Below are positions 10,788 to 25,111 of a DNA stretch of 64,000 nucleotides, in pieces. Made by a program: the position numbers and the translations under genes. Positions within the stretch are counted from its first letter, which is position 1; each line of letters starts with the position of its first letter. The notes beneath the pieces are model-generated. The model made no database searches. It was not told the DNA's origin and saw only the letters and a program-made list of their open reading frames with translations. This DNA is from Auanema rhodensis. Taxonomy: Eukaryota > Animalia > Nematoda. The stretch lies in contig OZ059896.1 in the NCBI GenBank assembly GCA_964057225.1, positions 7,688,001 through 7,752,000 of the forward strand. Direction: 5' to 3'.

Positions 10788-13607
10788 CTACATTAACGAA
10801 CAACAGACCCGTTCTGGAGGCTTCAATTTCACATCGTAAGTACGTAACGAATTTCGCTTTAAAGCTTTTTGTATTTGATCGAATCGACTGTGTCTTGAAT
10901 TCATTTCTACATCTGACAGAGTCAAATCCTATAATCGTTACAATATTAGTATTAAATATAAATTATTCAATTATACTTCACATGCATCAAATGCATTGAT
11001 TGTGATATTCATTCCTTCAAAACAGTCTTCCTCAAATCTCTCATCATCAGAACTTTGCTAAAATTGTAAATTTTATCATAAAGATGTTATATATTAACAT
11101 ACATTTTTCATATTAACTATCTGTGTTCTAACTCCATCAGGATGAAAAGTTGCTATTTGAGCAGTTGAATTATCAGTTTGAGGATAACCATACTTCTGAA
11201 AAAAAAGAGAAAAAACGTTTTTTTAATTTGAATTTAATTAGGCTATCATACAGTTAATTGAGGACGAAAATGTAATTGATCTCCATAATCTATGGCATTT
11301 AGCTCAGAAGCTAAGCTTTGCTCTGTTTGTGCATCACTTGTTGTTCGCTGTTCATTCAATTTCCTTATCACAGTTGAAGTAGTCATAGGATTGCCTGTAT
11401 TAGAGAAATAACATTTAAACACTTTTGCCAGAAAATCAATAATACCATTCAATTCTTTGTCAAGTGTACGAATTTCTGGATTGGTGATTCCCTGGACATG
11501 TTGCTCAGCTATGTCAAGTAAACATTTGGGGACAATTTCATAGCCCAAAATAGAAAGACAAATTGACAAGCAAAGCATAGGTTAAATATTATATATATTA
11601 TTTTTAGAAAAAAATATTAAAATAAATAAGTTATACGTATAAGATTATCTTAATTTCAAATTAGGGTAAATGAAGCAAAAGCATAAAAAAAACATTTTTT
11701 TACCTGATGAGATCATGATATCATTATTGTTTTTCTTATCACTATTTAAATCATCTTGATACTCAACTGATCCAATAGCAGTATTATACTTTAAATTATA
11801 ATATTAAATAAAAATTATTTTTAAATTAATAAATCAATATAGAAAACCAACCAAATAATCATCCCACATCTGCAATTGATCTTCGGACAAGTCAGGACAT
11901 GAACCTCCAATTATTTTTTCTTGTAGCTGATGCTGAAAGTACGTTATTTTCAGAACTAAAGCTTTTTTTTCTTATATAATATCATATATATATAGTTTTA
12001 CTTTTTATTTTGTATTTTAAAAAATAATAATTAGCTTACAGGCTGCTCCTCTATAATCTTTGTTTCATTATTTTCAGTTCGAGATTCAGATTCATTTTCA
12101 GTTTCAATCATATCAGATTCAGGAGAATTCTAAACTATTTCCTATACAAAATAAGTTTAATTAATTAATAAATCTACCGATAAAACGATAACTGAGTTTG
12201 TATGCCGGTTACGTTTCCTCCGTTTTTTTCTAAGCACGATAGCTGGAATTGGAGTTCCGTATCCAGCTATAAATATATAAAAAAATAAATATTATATATT
12301 AATAAAAAATTATTAAGAATAAGAAAGAGATGAAAGCTTTAAAACTGTTGATTTTCATATGTTATTAGTGAATGGGAATTTTTAACGATAGCTGAGAATG
12401 ACAGGACCTTGGAAACTGAGTATTACAACAGACACAGAGAAGATAAGCTTGAAGTAATGTCGGGAAAATGTCAATTATCTTCAATATAAACAAAACTCAG
12501 AAGAAAAAACCAGATAATTCAGTGGATAAGAAAAAAATTCGCTTGTTCATATTGTATAATTTGAATCGAAATCGAGACATTGGAGCCTTTAGTGACCGGA
12601 AATCATTGATGAGTTTGTGGCAAGTGTAAAGACTTAATGGTTACAGAGATGTAGCAGGTGCTACACACAAGACAAGATATAGTGGAGATCAAGAGTTAAT
12701 GACTGTTTTCCTATATGTATATAACTAATTTTTACCTTTTGTAAGAGTAAATACTTTGAACAATTTGTAAATATTGAAATGAAAATGATATATTGGTTTT
12801 GAATATGGGGGGCTATTAAGTAAGGTTTAGTTGTTTTTATATTGATTTTGTATAACAATTGAAAAAAAAATAACCATAAAAAGAAAAAGAAAAAGAGAAA
12901 TATTATATATTATATATTATTATTATTATTAAAATAAATTAAACAAACCTTGAATTTGAGTCAAATTAGCGGAATATCCCTGTGGAATACCAGTTAGTGT
13001 AGCATGCTGATGTGTTGTTAACCCAGGTAATACTGTATTAGCTCCCATAAGGTTTGGTGCTTGAGGTAATTGAGATTGTAAGATATTAGATGGTAACATA
13101 ATTGAAGAAGGAGGTATTGGTTGAAGAGGTGGTTGATATGCCAATTGATTGGCTGAAAATTGAGCCAACACTAAAATATGGAGTTAAATAAATCTTTGAC
13201 AAGAGCTCTGATGTTTAATATTTTAATGATCAAATTGAAAAAATAAGAAATTTTGTTCTATCGGTAAGCATATAATAAACGAAAATTTTGATATTAACCA
13301 TTGGAATATACATTACAATCATCTCCCATCATGATATTAGGTGAAGAAAATTGAGGTGGAAGATCAAATGCTTCGTTTAAACGAGAACGTGGAATGAATT
13401 CTGGAGCCTTTAACCATTCTAAATAAATAAAAGATGAATAAATAATATGTGAACAATTTCGATTATAAGAAAATGAATTCAAATGCTGTAAATACCTTCA
13501 GGGTCAATAGTCTTGAAAGGAACTTTTTTAAGAGGAATTTCGTCATTGTCATAGTAAGATGCAGGAGGACGGTCAGCTTCTTCAAAAAATACTTTCTTGT
13601 TCTCCAT
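10788..13607 (-). CDS. Unknown multi-exon protein with N-terminal PAM2-like motif, P/Q-rich region, basic NLS-like stretch and C-terminal CaaX-like CCSLM
   Basis: Exons give EEWLKAPEFIPRSR, YQPPLQPIPP, LRKKRRKRNR, GSCPDLSEDQLQMWDDY, KPPERVCCSLM*. Internal exon boundaries and the true start are approximate. Confidence 0.7.
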
Positions 13608-14972
13608 AATCAATGAATCATAAGTGTATTTGAACTAGAAACGTTAAGTGTAAATGAGTGAAACATTGTTTTCAAGTGTTAATACAAGAGTAAAAGAAAT
13701 ATAAATTAAAAAGAAAGCATATAGTTTATAAAATAAATTATTATTATAAATCAATAATTATAATTAATTGTTTTAAGAGATAAAGAAGATATAAAGATAA
13801 ATAATATATATATTGATAATTATATAATAAATAGTGTGTTAGTAGTAGGAGAGAGAAGAGAAAGACAATGAGTACAAGGTAATGGAGGGAGATGCGAACA
13901 ATCTCGAGTTGAGAAGATGACTACTACTACACCTACTACTATACGGTCAAAACAAATAAACCTTTACTTCAAATGAGATCTAATATTGTTAAAACAACTT
14001 GTTGAAAGTAAACTTATTGAGATATAACTATATATATAGTTAAATCTTCATATATTTTGAATTTTAAATAAATAAATATATGAAAAATAAAATAGAAAGT
14101 TATTAAGTTGGTAGGATTAATAGGAAGTAATTAGATTTGCTCTTTCTCTCTGACACTATGATATCTCGTTACACAGTCCGAAGTCGAGCCCATTGAATAG
14201 TAGAATACTCTTTCATCTATGTCATTGATAGCTGGATAGAGCACAAGTTGTCATTTAACATAAAAGATTTGAGTAAATATAAGCAGATTTCCTAATAAAA
14301 TATGGAAAATTAATTAATTTTAATAAAAATAAAATAATTTTTTTCAAGTTTTCTTTCAATTTTTAGAATTCGAATTTGAAAGAAATAAGAGTTATGGATA
14401 AGATAGAGATTTTGTATAAAAAAACGTGGTGTATTCGTGAAGAAGAAGAAGAAGAAGAAGACACAAACGAGTGAGTCAATTCGCTAAATAACTATTAAAC
14501 TATTTTTAAAATCTACATGACGATGAGATAAGAAACAGATGTGTCAAATAGCCGCATTAAAACTATTACTAAAACAAAATACTTTAACTTAAATCTTTAA
14601 CTACTTGTATAGTTTAATTAATTACTTATATAGTATTATATAGTTATAATAATATAAGTTATTTATTTAAGAAAAGATGTTGTACTAGCTTTGTAAGTTA
14701 ATATGAATAGTGACGAAACTAAGATGAGTTGAGATGGCTTGAGAGGAAACGCTTCGGTGTCACCTGCTCATTCCTAGTCTTTCGTAGCTTATCTAATAGT
14801 CATAAGTTGTGAATCTCATTCAATTGTTAAGATAAAGTTCAATCAATAAATAAATTTATAAAAATTAATAACTTTAATTAAACAAAAGTAAACAAATCTT
14901 TAAAAAAAACTTAATAAGACTTTAATTAATATTTCCTTATTTGTTTCTACTGTGAAGAATTGAAAAACATCC

Positions 14973-17900
14973 TCACAAACAACACCAACTACGACGTTTA
15001 GGAGATGGTTGTTGGTCTAATCTTAAAGCTTCTTCTAAATGATCATCTTCACGCTTTTGTAATGATCTAAAATTATTATAATATTATTATTTTTACTTTT
15101 AAACTATTTATTACATAGCCATTGCTTTCATACAGTTATCAATTCCAAATCCAGTAAAAGCACTCGTTTCAAAGAAGGGCATATGAAATTCCTTAACAGA
15201 AAGTATCAAATACTATTAATATATAACTTACATCGGCCAACTTTTTTCCAGCTTGGTATATAGTTTTTCTTGATCCATCATTTCCAAACAAATCAACCTT
15301 CAATATTGTTACTGTATGTTTGAAGTTTGTAGTTTAGATTACTTTATTCCCAACCAAACACATAACTGTGTTTTCTTCAACTCCAATTTTTACAGAATCA
15401 ATCCAATTGCGAACATGCAAGAATGATTGTTCAGATGTTACATCAAACATAAGTACAACTCCATCAGCTTTACGAAAGTATTGTTTCGTTATAGAACGAA
15501 ATCTGAAAATAAAATAAAACTACAGATCAGATTATATTTTTAATTTTCTGTCAGTATTGTTATTGCTTCTAATGATAGTTCACTGGAACCAAAAAAAAGT
15601 TTTTTGGCTGTCAGACTGTCACACATCGATATATTGTGTATCCGAAATGAAAAAGTATGTTTTTGCTCTTAATTTTTCAAATAAATTTTAAATAGAATTT
15701 AGAAATTTGAAAAAAAAAACTCTTTACCTTTCCTGGCCCGCTGTATCCCATAGCTGTAAGGTTATGAAACGATCTTGAACCCCAATTGTTTTAACAGTGA
15801 AATCAACGCCAATTGTAGCATTGAATAAAGGCTTGAATCGATTATGACAAAATCTGGAAAACATTATGAAAAACAAATTCAAATATTTTTTTGTCAAATT
15901 TTAATTCAATGAAGATTAAAGACAACAGTATCATAAAGATTAGGCGATATACATATGTAGTTCTATGGTTCATGAACATTTTTTATACATATTAAGTTCG
16001 TCACAGCAAAGCAGAACAAGGCATCACCATTAAACACTATATGAAACAAAAAAAAATTAAGTGGAACCTCTATCTTTTACATTTAGTATAAATAGAATAG
16101 CAAATCTACACAAGAACATACCAACCATTAGCTTTCTATTTCAACAATCATACAACCAATTTCATTCTTTTATATTTTATAATTTAATAATTTTATAGAG
16201 ATGGAAGAGAAGTACCGTGCTGCTGAGGCTGAGTCCGTCAAGAAGTTCGCCTTCTTCGGTGTTGCCGTCTCCACTGTCGCCACTCTTACCGCTATTGTGG
16301 CCGTCCCAATGCTTTGCATGTACCTCCAAGGAGTTCAATCCACCTTGAACGACGAGGTTGCTTTCTGCCGCACTCGTGCTTCTTCCCTTCAAGGAGAGTT
16401 CACCAAGCTTGAGGCTATCCGTGCTCCACGTAAGGCCCGTTCTGCCGGAACTTGCTGCTCTTGTGGAGTTGGAGCTACTGGACCACAAGGAGCTCCAGGA
16501 AGAGACGGACAACCAGGAAACGATGGACGCCCAGGAGCTCCAGGAAACCCAGGAGCCGACGCCGAGCAAGGAGACAACAACCAAGGAGAAGAGCAATTCT
16601 GCTTCGAATGCGAAGCTGCCGCTCCAGGAGCCCCAGGACCACAAGGACCACCAGGACCAGACGGACAACCAGGAGCCCCAGGACAAGACGGACCATCTGG
16701 ACGCCCAGGAAACCGTGGAGCTCCAGGAGCCCCAGGAAACGCCGGAAAGCCAGGAAACGATGGACAATCTGGACGCCCAGGAGCCCCAGGACAAACCCGC
16801 ACCGTCCCATCCCCACCAGGACAACCAGGAGCTCCAGGAGCCCCAGGACCACAAGGACCATCTGGACCAGACGGACGCCCAGGACACGATGGACGCCCAG
16901 GAGCCCCAGGACCACAAGGAGACAATGGAGCCGTAAGCCTATTGCAAAGCATAACCAACTTTAATATATATTTTATAGGATGGACAACCAGGAGCCCCAG
17001 GAAACGACGGACAACCAGGAGCCCCAGGACAAGACGGATCCAAGGGATCTTGCGACCACTGCCCACCACCACGTACTGCTCCAGGATATTAAGTCCTCCA
17101 TCTTCCATACACTTCTCAATTTTTTTTGTTCAGTGTATGATAAACTCAATAAACAGGGATATTCATCAACTTTTCATGCTATTTAATATACACAAAAGAA
17201 AGACAAGCTTAAAAAGATAGACATTTCAACACCTTGGAAAACGTCTTTTGTTAATTCGTTTAAAAGAAAAAACCCATTTTCGTCATCTTATACTGTTTTC
17301 ACGATGACATATAGTATATACTTGATAGAAAGTTAGCACACATTTACGCTAGCTTGAAGATTAGGAATTGAAACATTGAAATTAAATATAAATATTAGAA
17401 GATAGGTGAATTAAGCGACCAAAGTTGTTGTTAAAATAATTTGAATTTAAATGAGGAACAACAATGAACTTATGAAATAATTTGTAATATGTGGTAATAG
17501 TAAAAAGACAACATTTTGATCTTATCTTTTCGCATAATAATCTTTGTATTATTATAAAAAATATAATTTAATCGAACCTGTATGACTATTCTTATTGAAA
17601 TAATAAAAAATTTTTCTTAAATAAAGAAATATTGAACTTCATTATGCAACCGCCAAATAGTAAAATAATGTAAATGTAGAAACATTTTATGGAATTAGTA
17701 ATTAGAATAATTACGTGAAACCTAATGAAACGACTTCACGTCACAGTGAAATTCTTAAAATTTGAGTAAAGTTTATCCACAAGATTAGATTTTTGAAGTT
17801 GCGAAATTCAAGAAAATAAAATTTTAATTGTATGAACTTATCAAGTAAAAAAACTGAAAAAATGTTTTCAGCTTTTTCTTTAAAAAAAACTTTGATATTG

Positions 17901-20900
17901 TTATTATAGGTTCAAGTGGAATATTTTGGACACACCAGAATATCAACACTCAATTTGTAAAAAAAAGTTGCCAATCGTACAAATTATTAAAATGTTCGAT
18001 CTATGAACCTCTTGTTAGCATGACCGTTTGATTGTTAACAATCATAAGAAAAGATAAATGAACTTTTTTTTGATTGCTAGTGGAACCAACGCTGTAGGCT
18101 TAGCGTATAAATAGGAGCGAAAGCCATTTCGAGAACATACCAACCATTAGCTTTCTATTTCAACAATCATACAACCAATTTCATTCTTTTATATTTTATA
18201 ATTTAATAATTTTATAGAGATGGAAGAGAAGTACCGTGCTGCTGAGGCTGAGTCCGTCAAGAAGTTCGCCTTCTTCGGTGTTGCCGTCTCCACTGTCGCC
18301 ACTCTTACCGCTATTGTGGCCGTCCCAATGCTTTGCATGTACCTCCAAGGAGTTCAATCCACCTTGAACGACGAGGTCGCTTTCTGCCGCACTCGTGCTT
18401 CTTCCCTTCAAGGAGAGTTCACCAAGCTTGAGGCTATCCGTGCTCCACGTAAGGCCCGTTCTGCCGGAACTTGCTGCTCTTGTGGAGTTGGAGCTACTGG
18501 ACCACAAGGAGCTCCAGGAAGAGACGGACAACCAGGAAACGATGGACGCCCAGGAGCTCCAGGAAACCCAGGAGCCGACGCTGAGCAAGGAGACAACAAC
18601 CAAGGAGAAGAGCAATTCTGCTTCGAATGCGAAGCTGCCGCTCCAGGAGCCCCAGGACCACAAGGACCACCAGGACCAGACGGACAACCAGGAGCCCCAG
18701 GACAAGACGGACCATCTGGACGCCCAGGAAACCGTGGAGCTCCAGGAGCCCCAGGAAACGCCGGAAAGCCAGGAAACGATGGACAATCTGGACGCCCAGG
18801 AGCCCCAGGACAAACCCGCACCGTCCCATCCCCACCAGGACAACCAGGAGCTCCAGGAGCCCCAGGACCACAAGGACCATCTGGACCAGACGGACGCCCA
18901 GGACACGATGGACGCCCAGGAGCCCCAGGACCACAAGGAGACAATGGAGCCGTAAGCATATTTCAAAGCATAACCAACTTTAATATATATTTTATAGGAT
19001 GGACAACCAGGAGCCCCAGGAAACGACGGACAACCAGGAGCCCCAGGACAAGACGGATCCAAGGGATCTTGCGACCACTGCCCACCACCACGTACCGCTC
19101 CAGGATATTAAGTCCTCCATCTTCAATACACTTCTCAATTTTTTTTGTTCAGTGTATGATAAACTCAATAAACAGGGATATTCAACATATGTTCTATATT
19201 TTGTGCAAAAACAATAACATTAAGAAACACTAGTATAAAATTTGAGACACTTTTTGAAAGATTGAAAACAAAACGCATTTCATACTACTTAAATCAAATG
19301 GAGATAAATCGCCAAGTATAATTAAACTAACGAGTTGAGGGTGACAATTAACTATCTGAGCAAGTTATAATAAACGTTTTAACAGTACAGATTATATTTT
19401 TAAAGGTCGTCTAATCTCTAGATTAACATTAGAGCATAAGTATAACTCAAGAGGGATATCGGTACTGTATATTAGAATTTCTGGCAAGTGTAGAATGAAA
19501 AAGAAAATGTGTTACTATGATAATTAAAATTGTTCAATGTTTCATAATTATTATGATTTTCTGAACATTTATAAAAGTACTTTGATTCAGACATTAAAAC
19601 TTGTGAAACAAGGTCTGTTTCTTAATGTGCAACATAGGCAAAAACTTATAACTTGATTACATCATTAAAGATCATGGAGATATGAAATAGATAATTAATT
19701 ATATTTGTTCAGAAAAACAAAGTTTTAAACATTTCATTGGATTATGTGTTGAGATACTGCTACACTCTGTTACAACATATAATATGCTGAATTATAAAGC
19801 ATTGAATGAATACAAGCAATGAAAGTCTTAATATTTGAAGTCCTAATTTATGGTCAAGATGGTACTTTTTTATCAATATCTTGTACACGAGGGAAGCTCG
19901 TCGGATCCGTAAAGCATAATCTTGCAAAAAACAGTGGTTTTCCGTATCCGACCGTTTAAAAATCACTAATTTTTGTAAAAATGTATGCAATTTATTAAAA
20001 TATTATTTCTTTTGAAACCCTTCTATCTAAAAAAAAGTTCCGTTTTTTGATCCGGATAATTCCGCAAATTGAAGGAATATTTCCTGACCTGACGTCTCCT
20101 CATTCAACTACTTGGAACCAAAACTAACAAGAGTACCAGCTCCGTATGACCAATACACTGTCTGCTTTGTTTCCAAATATAATATTTGTTCAAAATGATA
20201 ATTTAAAATCACATAAGGTGATTGAGATTTCTGATCATGTAAAAGAAGAACTGTTGTTTAACTGCTGTAATCAATTTTATAAGCAAACGAACTGAAAAAG
20301 AGGTGGTCACAGCGAAAGTTTAAAAAAAAGGCTGAGGTCGCAGAACTTTTTTGATTGCTAGTGGAACCAACGCTGTAGGCTTAGCGTATAAATAGGAGCG
20401 AAAGCCATTTCGAGAACATACCAACCATTAGCTTTCTATTTCAACAATCATACAACCAATTTCATTCTTTTATATTTTATAATTTAATAATTTTATAGAG
20501 ATGGAAGAGAAGTACCGTGCTGCTGAGGCTGAGTCCGTCAAGAAGTTCGCCTTCTTCGGTGTTGCCGTCTCCACTGTCGCCACTCTTACCGCTATTGTGG
20601 CCGTCCCAATGCTTTGCATGTACCTCCAAGGAGTTCAATCCACCTTGAACGACGAGGTCGCTTTCTGCCGCACTCGTGCTTCTTCCCTTCAAGGAGAGTT
20701 CACCAAGCTTGAGGCTATCCGTGCTCCACGTAAGGCCCGTTCTGCCGGAACTTGCTGCTCTTGTGGAGTTGGAGCTACTGGACCACAAGGAGCTCCAGGA
20801 AGAGACGGACAACCAGGAAGCGATGGACGCCCAGGAGCTCCAGGAAACCCAGGAGCCGACGCCGAGCAAGGAGACAACAACCAAGGAGAAGAGCAATTCT

Positions 20901-23612
20901 GCTTCGAATGCGAAGCTGCCGCTCCAGGAGCCCCAGGACCACAAGGACCACCAGGACCAGACGGACAACCAGGAGCCCCAGGACAAGACGGACCATCTGG
21001 ACGCCCAGGAAACCGTGGAGCTCCAGGAGCCCCAGGAAACGCCGGAAAGCCAGGAAACGATGGACAATCTGGACGCCCAGGAGCCCCAGGACAAACCCGC
21101 ACCGTCCCATCCCCACCAGGACAACCAGGAGCTCCAGGAGCCCCAGGACCACAAGGACCATCTGGACCAGACGGACGCCCAGGACACGATGGACGCCCAG
21201 GAGCCCCAGGACCACAAGGAGACAATGGAGCCGTAAGCATATTTCAAAGCATAACCAACTTTAATATATATTTTATAGGATGGACAACCAGGAGCCCCAG
21301 GAAACGACGGACAACCAGGAGCCCCAGGACAAGACGGATCCAAGGGATCTTGCGACCACTGCCCACCACCACGTACCGCTCCAGGATATTAAGTCCTCCA
21401 TCTTCCATACACTTGATTCAAAAATTAGCAAAAATAAATACTTTTCTGCTATATAGCTTTATGTAACAAGAAAACTATGGTTGGGGCGATACAGAAGATG
21501 AGACGAACTTTAATGAACAACCTGTTTTGATTTATAAAAAAATCCGTCACAGGTATCATTGAAGTGATGCTAACAGTCCAGCGCGATTTTAATTTTCGAT
21601 TGTTAACACAAAGAGCCAAAGAAATTTCAACAGATGGTTTTTATTCTTTTGGGTGTTTTTTATTTTATTTCATAAAGCAGAACGAAAAGATTCAGTACCT
21701 GTGAAGAAAGCAGGTTTTCCCTACTGCTGAATCACCAACAAACACTACTTTGAAGATTCTATCAGGGTTACAACTGTTCTTAAATAACTATATTTTGAAA
21801 ACAAAAACTAGAATTAATGATACTTTGTCAAATTTTACTTCATTTTGGATGTTATTGTGAACTTCTTCAGCTTGATTCAATTCCTATAAGTTCAATATAT
21901 TTAAACTAGGTATTCATATTTCAACAAACATCAGCTAACGATGGTGCACCTAATATAGATGATCCAACATGCATATCTCCAGGCTCTATTGGTCTATATT
22001 GTGGCTTCTTAAAAATGAATAAAACAAATTAGTATATGAACTTTTAAATTAACCTTAATTGAAACTGTATAACCAGGTTTTTCCATGATTGTTGAATTAT
22101 TTTGTCGAGTAGCTACATTCTCCACTATAAATGGATAATCTGGTGATTCCAACTGACTTCTAAAACCAAATTATGTTTCATTAATTTAAAAAATAAAAAT
22201 ATTGGGTAAAAGTAATTAAATTTAAGAAAAGCATGTTTAGATATGTATATAAGCAAACCGAGATAAAGCATTTTCGCAAGGTGTTATCATAACGGTAGGT
22301 ATCGGCATTGGAGAATACGTTGATGGATTTTCCTTCTGAAGTTCTTCTTCCGGATCCGGAGAAATAGCCATCGATAGTTCCATGGTATCTCTACATACAT
22401 CAGACAAAGACAATACAAAGAAACGGAACAGAGAAAAAATTAAAAAGCACAAACACAAAAACTATTTTACTTGCTTTGGCGATTAATAATTTTGTAAAAA
22501 GAAAAGTTAAAACTCAATACCTAAGCATATCCACCAAAGGATCTTCGTATTTGCTATCAACAGTAGCAGAAGATAATTCGGCAGCTAAATTATAAGGATC
22601 AAATTGAAGATTTGATTCAGTAACTATGGGTTTCTGTAAATTTAATAAAATCTTCGAGCATTCTTGATTGAAAACTTACATCAGATTCTTGTGCACGTTC
22701 TATCTCTTCATTTTTCGAAGGAGATTCAGCTAACTCATCTGTAAAGAATAATATTAATAAACAAAACAAAATAATTTCTTTTTAAAGATACGTATCAAAT
22801 AGAAAATACAAAAAATGGATTTGAAAATTAAAACTGGATTTGTACTCTTCTATATATTGCTCATAGTACAAGCATTTAAACATCCTCTCATACTAGAAGA
22901 AGCCTCTTAAACATCTATTATTCGTTTTACTGAAGCATAGGAATGCAAATATTATTTCCGTAAAAATATACAAAAATCTAAGAATAAATGCTTGTTTTAC
23001 ATTTCTTTTTACATTTTATTATAAAAATATCTGAAAAACAACTAAAATTTCAGTAAAATAGCTCAAAAAGTGACGTTTTCATTAAATCGATATAATGTAA
23101 TATAGGAAGAGTATATTTAACATTGGAAACTAGTGACTATGTGTTTGCAAACCCTGTTAATGAGACCTAAGAGAGTGGTGGCAATCCCTTAATGGAATTT
23201 CTATTACCCATTTTCATTTTTTTTTTTCACTGGATATTTTTCATTTTTCAATCCCAAATAAATTGTTTTACTCACTAATCATCTGTATAAATTCTTTTTC
23301 TGAGATATAGCACTCGTTCGATTTATTCATCATGTCTTCCAATTCATTAAAATGCTTTAATCCAACGTAGTCCTTAATAGATCCCAGATCTTCCTGAAAA
23401 TTGGCTTTTCCATCGAAAAAAAAGTTGTTTTTTCTGCCATTAAAATGCTTACTTTTACTATGTACCCCTTGTGATCAGCATCAGCATATTTGAACAGTTT
23501 GCTTGCCTAAACTGTTAAAAATAACAAATAGTTAAATAATATTGAACTGGACCTGTGAACGGACAATCGATTCATCAGATGATGAACAACTGATACTATC
23601 GAAGTCTGACAT
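14973..23612 (-). CDS. EF-hand-containing Rab GTPase (RASEF/CRACR2A/RAB44-like), multi-exon
   Basis: N-terminal [15 protein letters not shown]-hand. Rab motifs [59 protein letters not shown]. Ends RRSWCCL*. Confidence 0.85.
16201..17092 (+). CDS. Nematode cuticle collagen, copy 1 (one short intron), nested antisense in Rab intron
   Basis: Col_cuticle_N region, RxxR site RKAR, CCSC, Gly-X-Y blocks, spliced C-terminus [13 protein letters not shown]. Confidence 0.96.
18220..19111 (+). CDS. Nematode cuticle collagen, copy 2
   Basis: Near-identical to copy 1. Confidence 0.96.
20501..21392 (+). CDS. Nematode cuticle collagen, copy 3
   Basis: Near-identical to copies 1 and 2, with one N to S change. 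Confidence 0.96.
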
Positions 23613-25111
23613 CCGTTTCTTTTTCTCCTTTTTTTCCGTATGAAAGAAATGGAAATAAAAAATAAAGTTTCAACCAGATTAGGTCAGTCAATCAATTTAG
23701 CTAGACTGTGAATGAGAATAGCTAGTTAATTCCAGTAATGACGAGACTGATGGTGATGAGGAACAAACTAGTTCGTTAACTAAACTCACTCCTATATAGA
23801 CTCACCTATAAAACATATTTATTTAGAATAAGAAATAACATTAAAATATATATTATATAAACTATATATTATAATATATTTTAAATATCATCGTTATAAG
23901 GATCGATGTTTGATATGTTAAGTATGATGATAAATAAATAAGCTTGATAGATAGATAGATATATAAATGGATATTGAAATCAAATCAATACAGCTGCTGT
24001 GCATACAACTAAAATAAAATTTGTGAAAAGATATATCTATTGTTGGTAATGCTGTTCCTATAAATCATGGATCATTGAATCACATTTTTAAATTTTTACA
24101 TTGCTTCTCCTGTTATGATCTTGCTCCAGAGAACATTTATATACTTTGAGTTAAGCAGTTTAAAATATTCAAACAGAGAAAGAACGAGGTTCAAAGGAAG
24201 ATGGGAAACAAATTTCTTTTTTGAACTGAAAACATTTTTATAATTTGAACACCTAAATATTTTAAAAGATAATAAGAAAACATTTTCTATGATTAATTAA
24301 GTAAACAGTATTCTATGAATATGTATAATTTTTTTTTTTAAAAACAATGTATACAGCTAGAAACATTATCGCAAAATGAGGTTGAGTAAAAATTTTATTC
24401 TTAATAGAAAATGCAAGTTTCTACAACACAGAAGACAAATGACCCGCTTATAATCAATGTTCTCAGTGTATACCTCACGACAGGAATGGAAAAGAAAAAA
24501 ATAGCAGAAATTAAATATACTTCGATCATATTTTATGAAAAATTAGCCAACAATTCATTTTTTCTCTATTTTTCTTTTTTTTCGTTCATTTTTAACATTT
24601 TCATACAAAATGTTTCATAGTGAATTCAATAAGGTCTCATAATTGTTTGAAAACTTTGAAGATTATGAGAAAAATATGAAAAATTGGATGAAATAGAAAC
24701 TGAATTTCGTATTTTTTTAACGAAATAGTACTCTATTATTAGAACAAATGAGGCACATGCCTATGACTAAATTAGCATATTCGAATATTACTGGATAAAT
24801 TTTGAAGAAACCGATAAAACCAAATGATGCGAGAAAAAGGCTGAAAGCCTAAAAAAAAGGAGACTGGTAACAAATACGATTAGCTTTAGCTTGAATAGAA
24901 TGAGAAACAGACTGTTTAGAGATATATCGCTATCTATATATAACATACATATGAATATAATATGTTTTTTGCCGTTCTAGGGCACCTTTTCGCTCATCCT
25001 CAATTTTTGCAATTTTAAGCCATTTTAAGGCATTTTTTTCATTAAATGTGTATCTTAACTCTTTGAAAATGTGTCATTTTCAACAATTTTCAAAAATGGA
25101 AAAAACTGCTT

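Noticed and set aside
16177-21343. Long alternative-frame and antisense ORFs over the collagens
   Set aside because: Shadows of the GGA-CCA-rich Gly-X-Y codon pattern; no independent evidence.
24977-25111. TAGGG-starting segment next to the inverted repeat as a hAT-like transposon end
   Set aside because: No matching opposite end or TSD found in the window; cannot be supported without a genome search.
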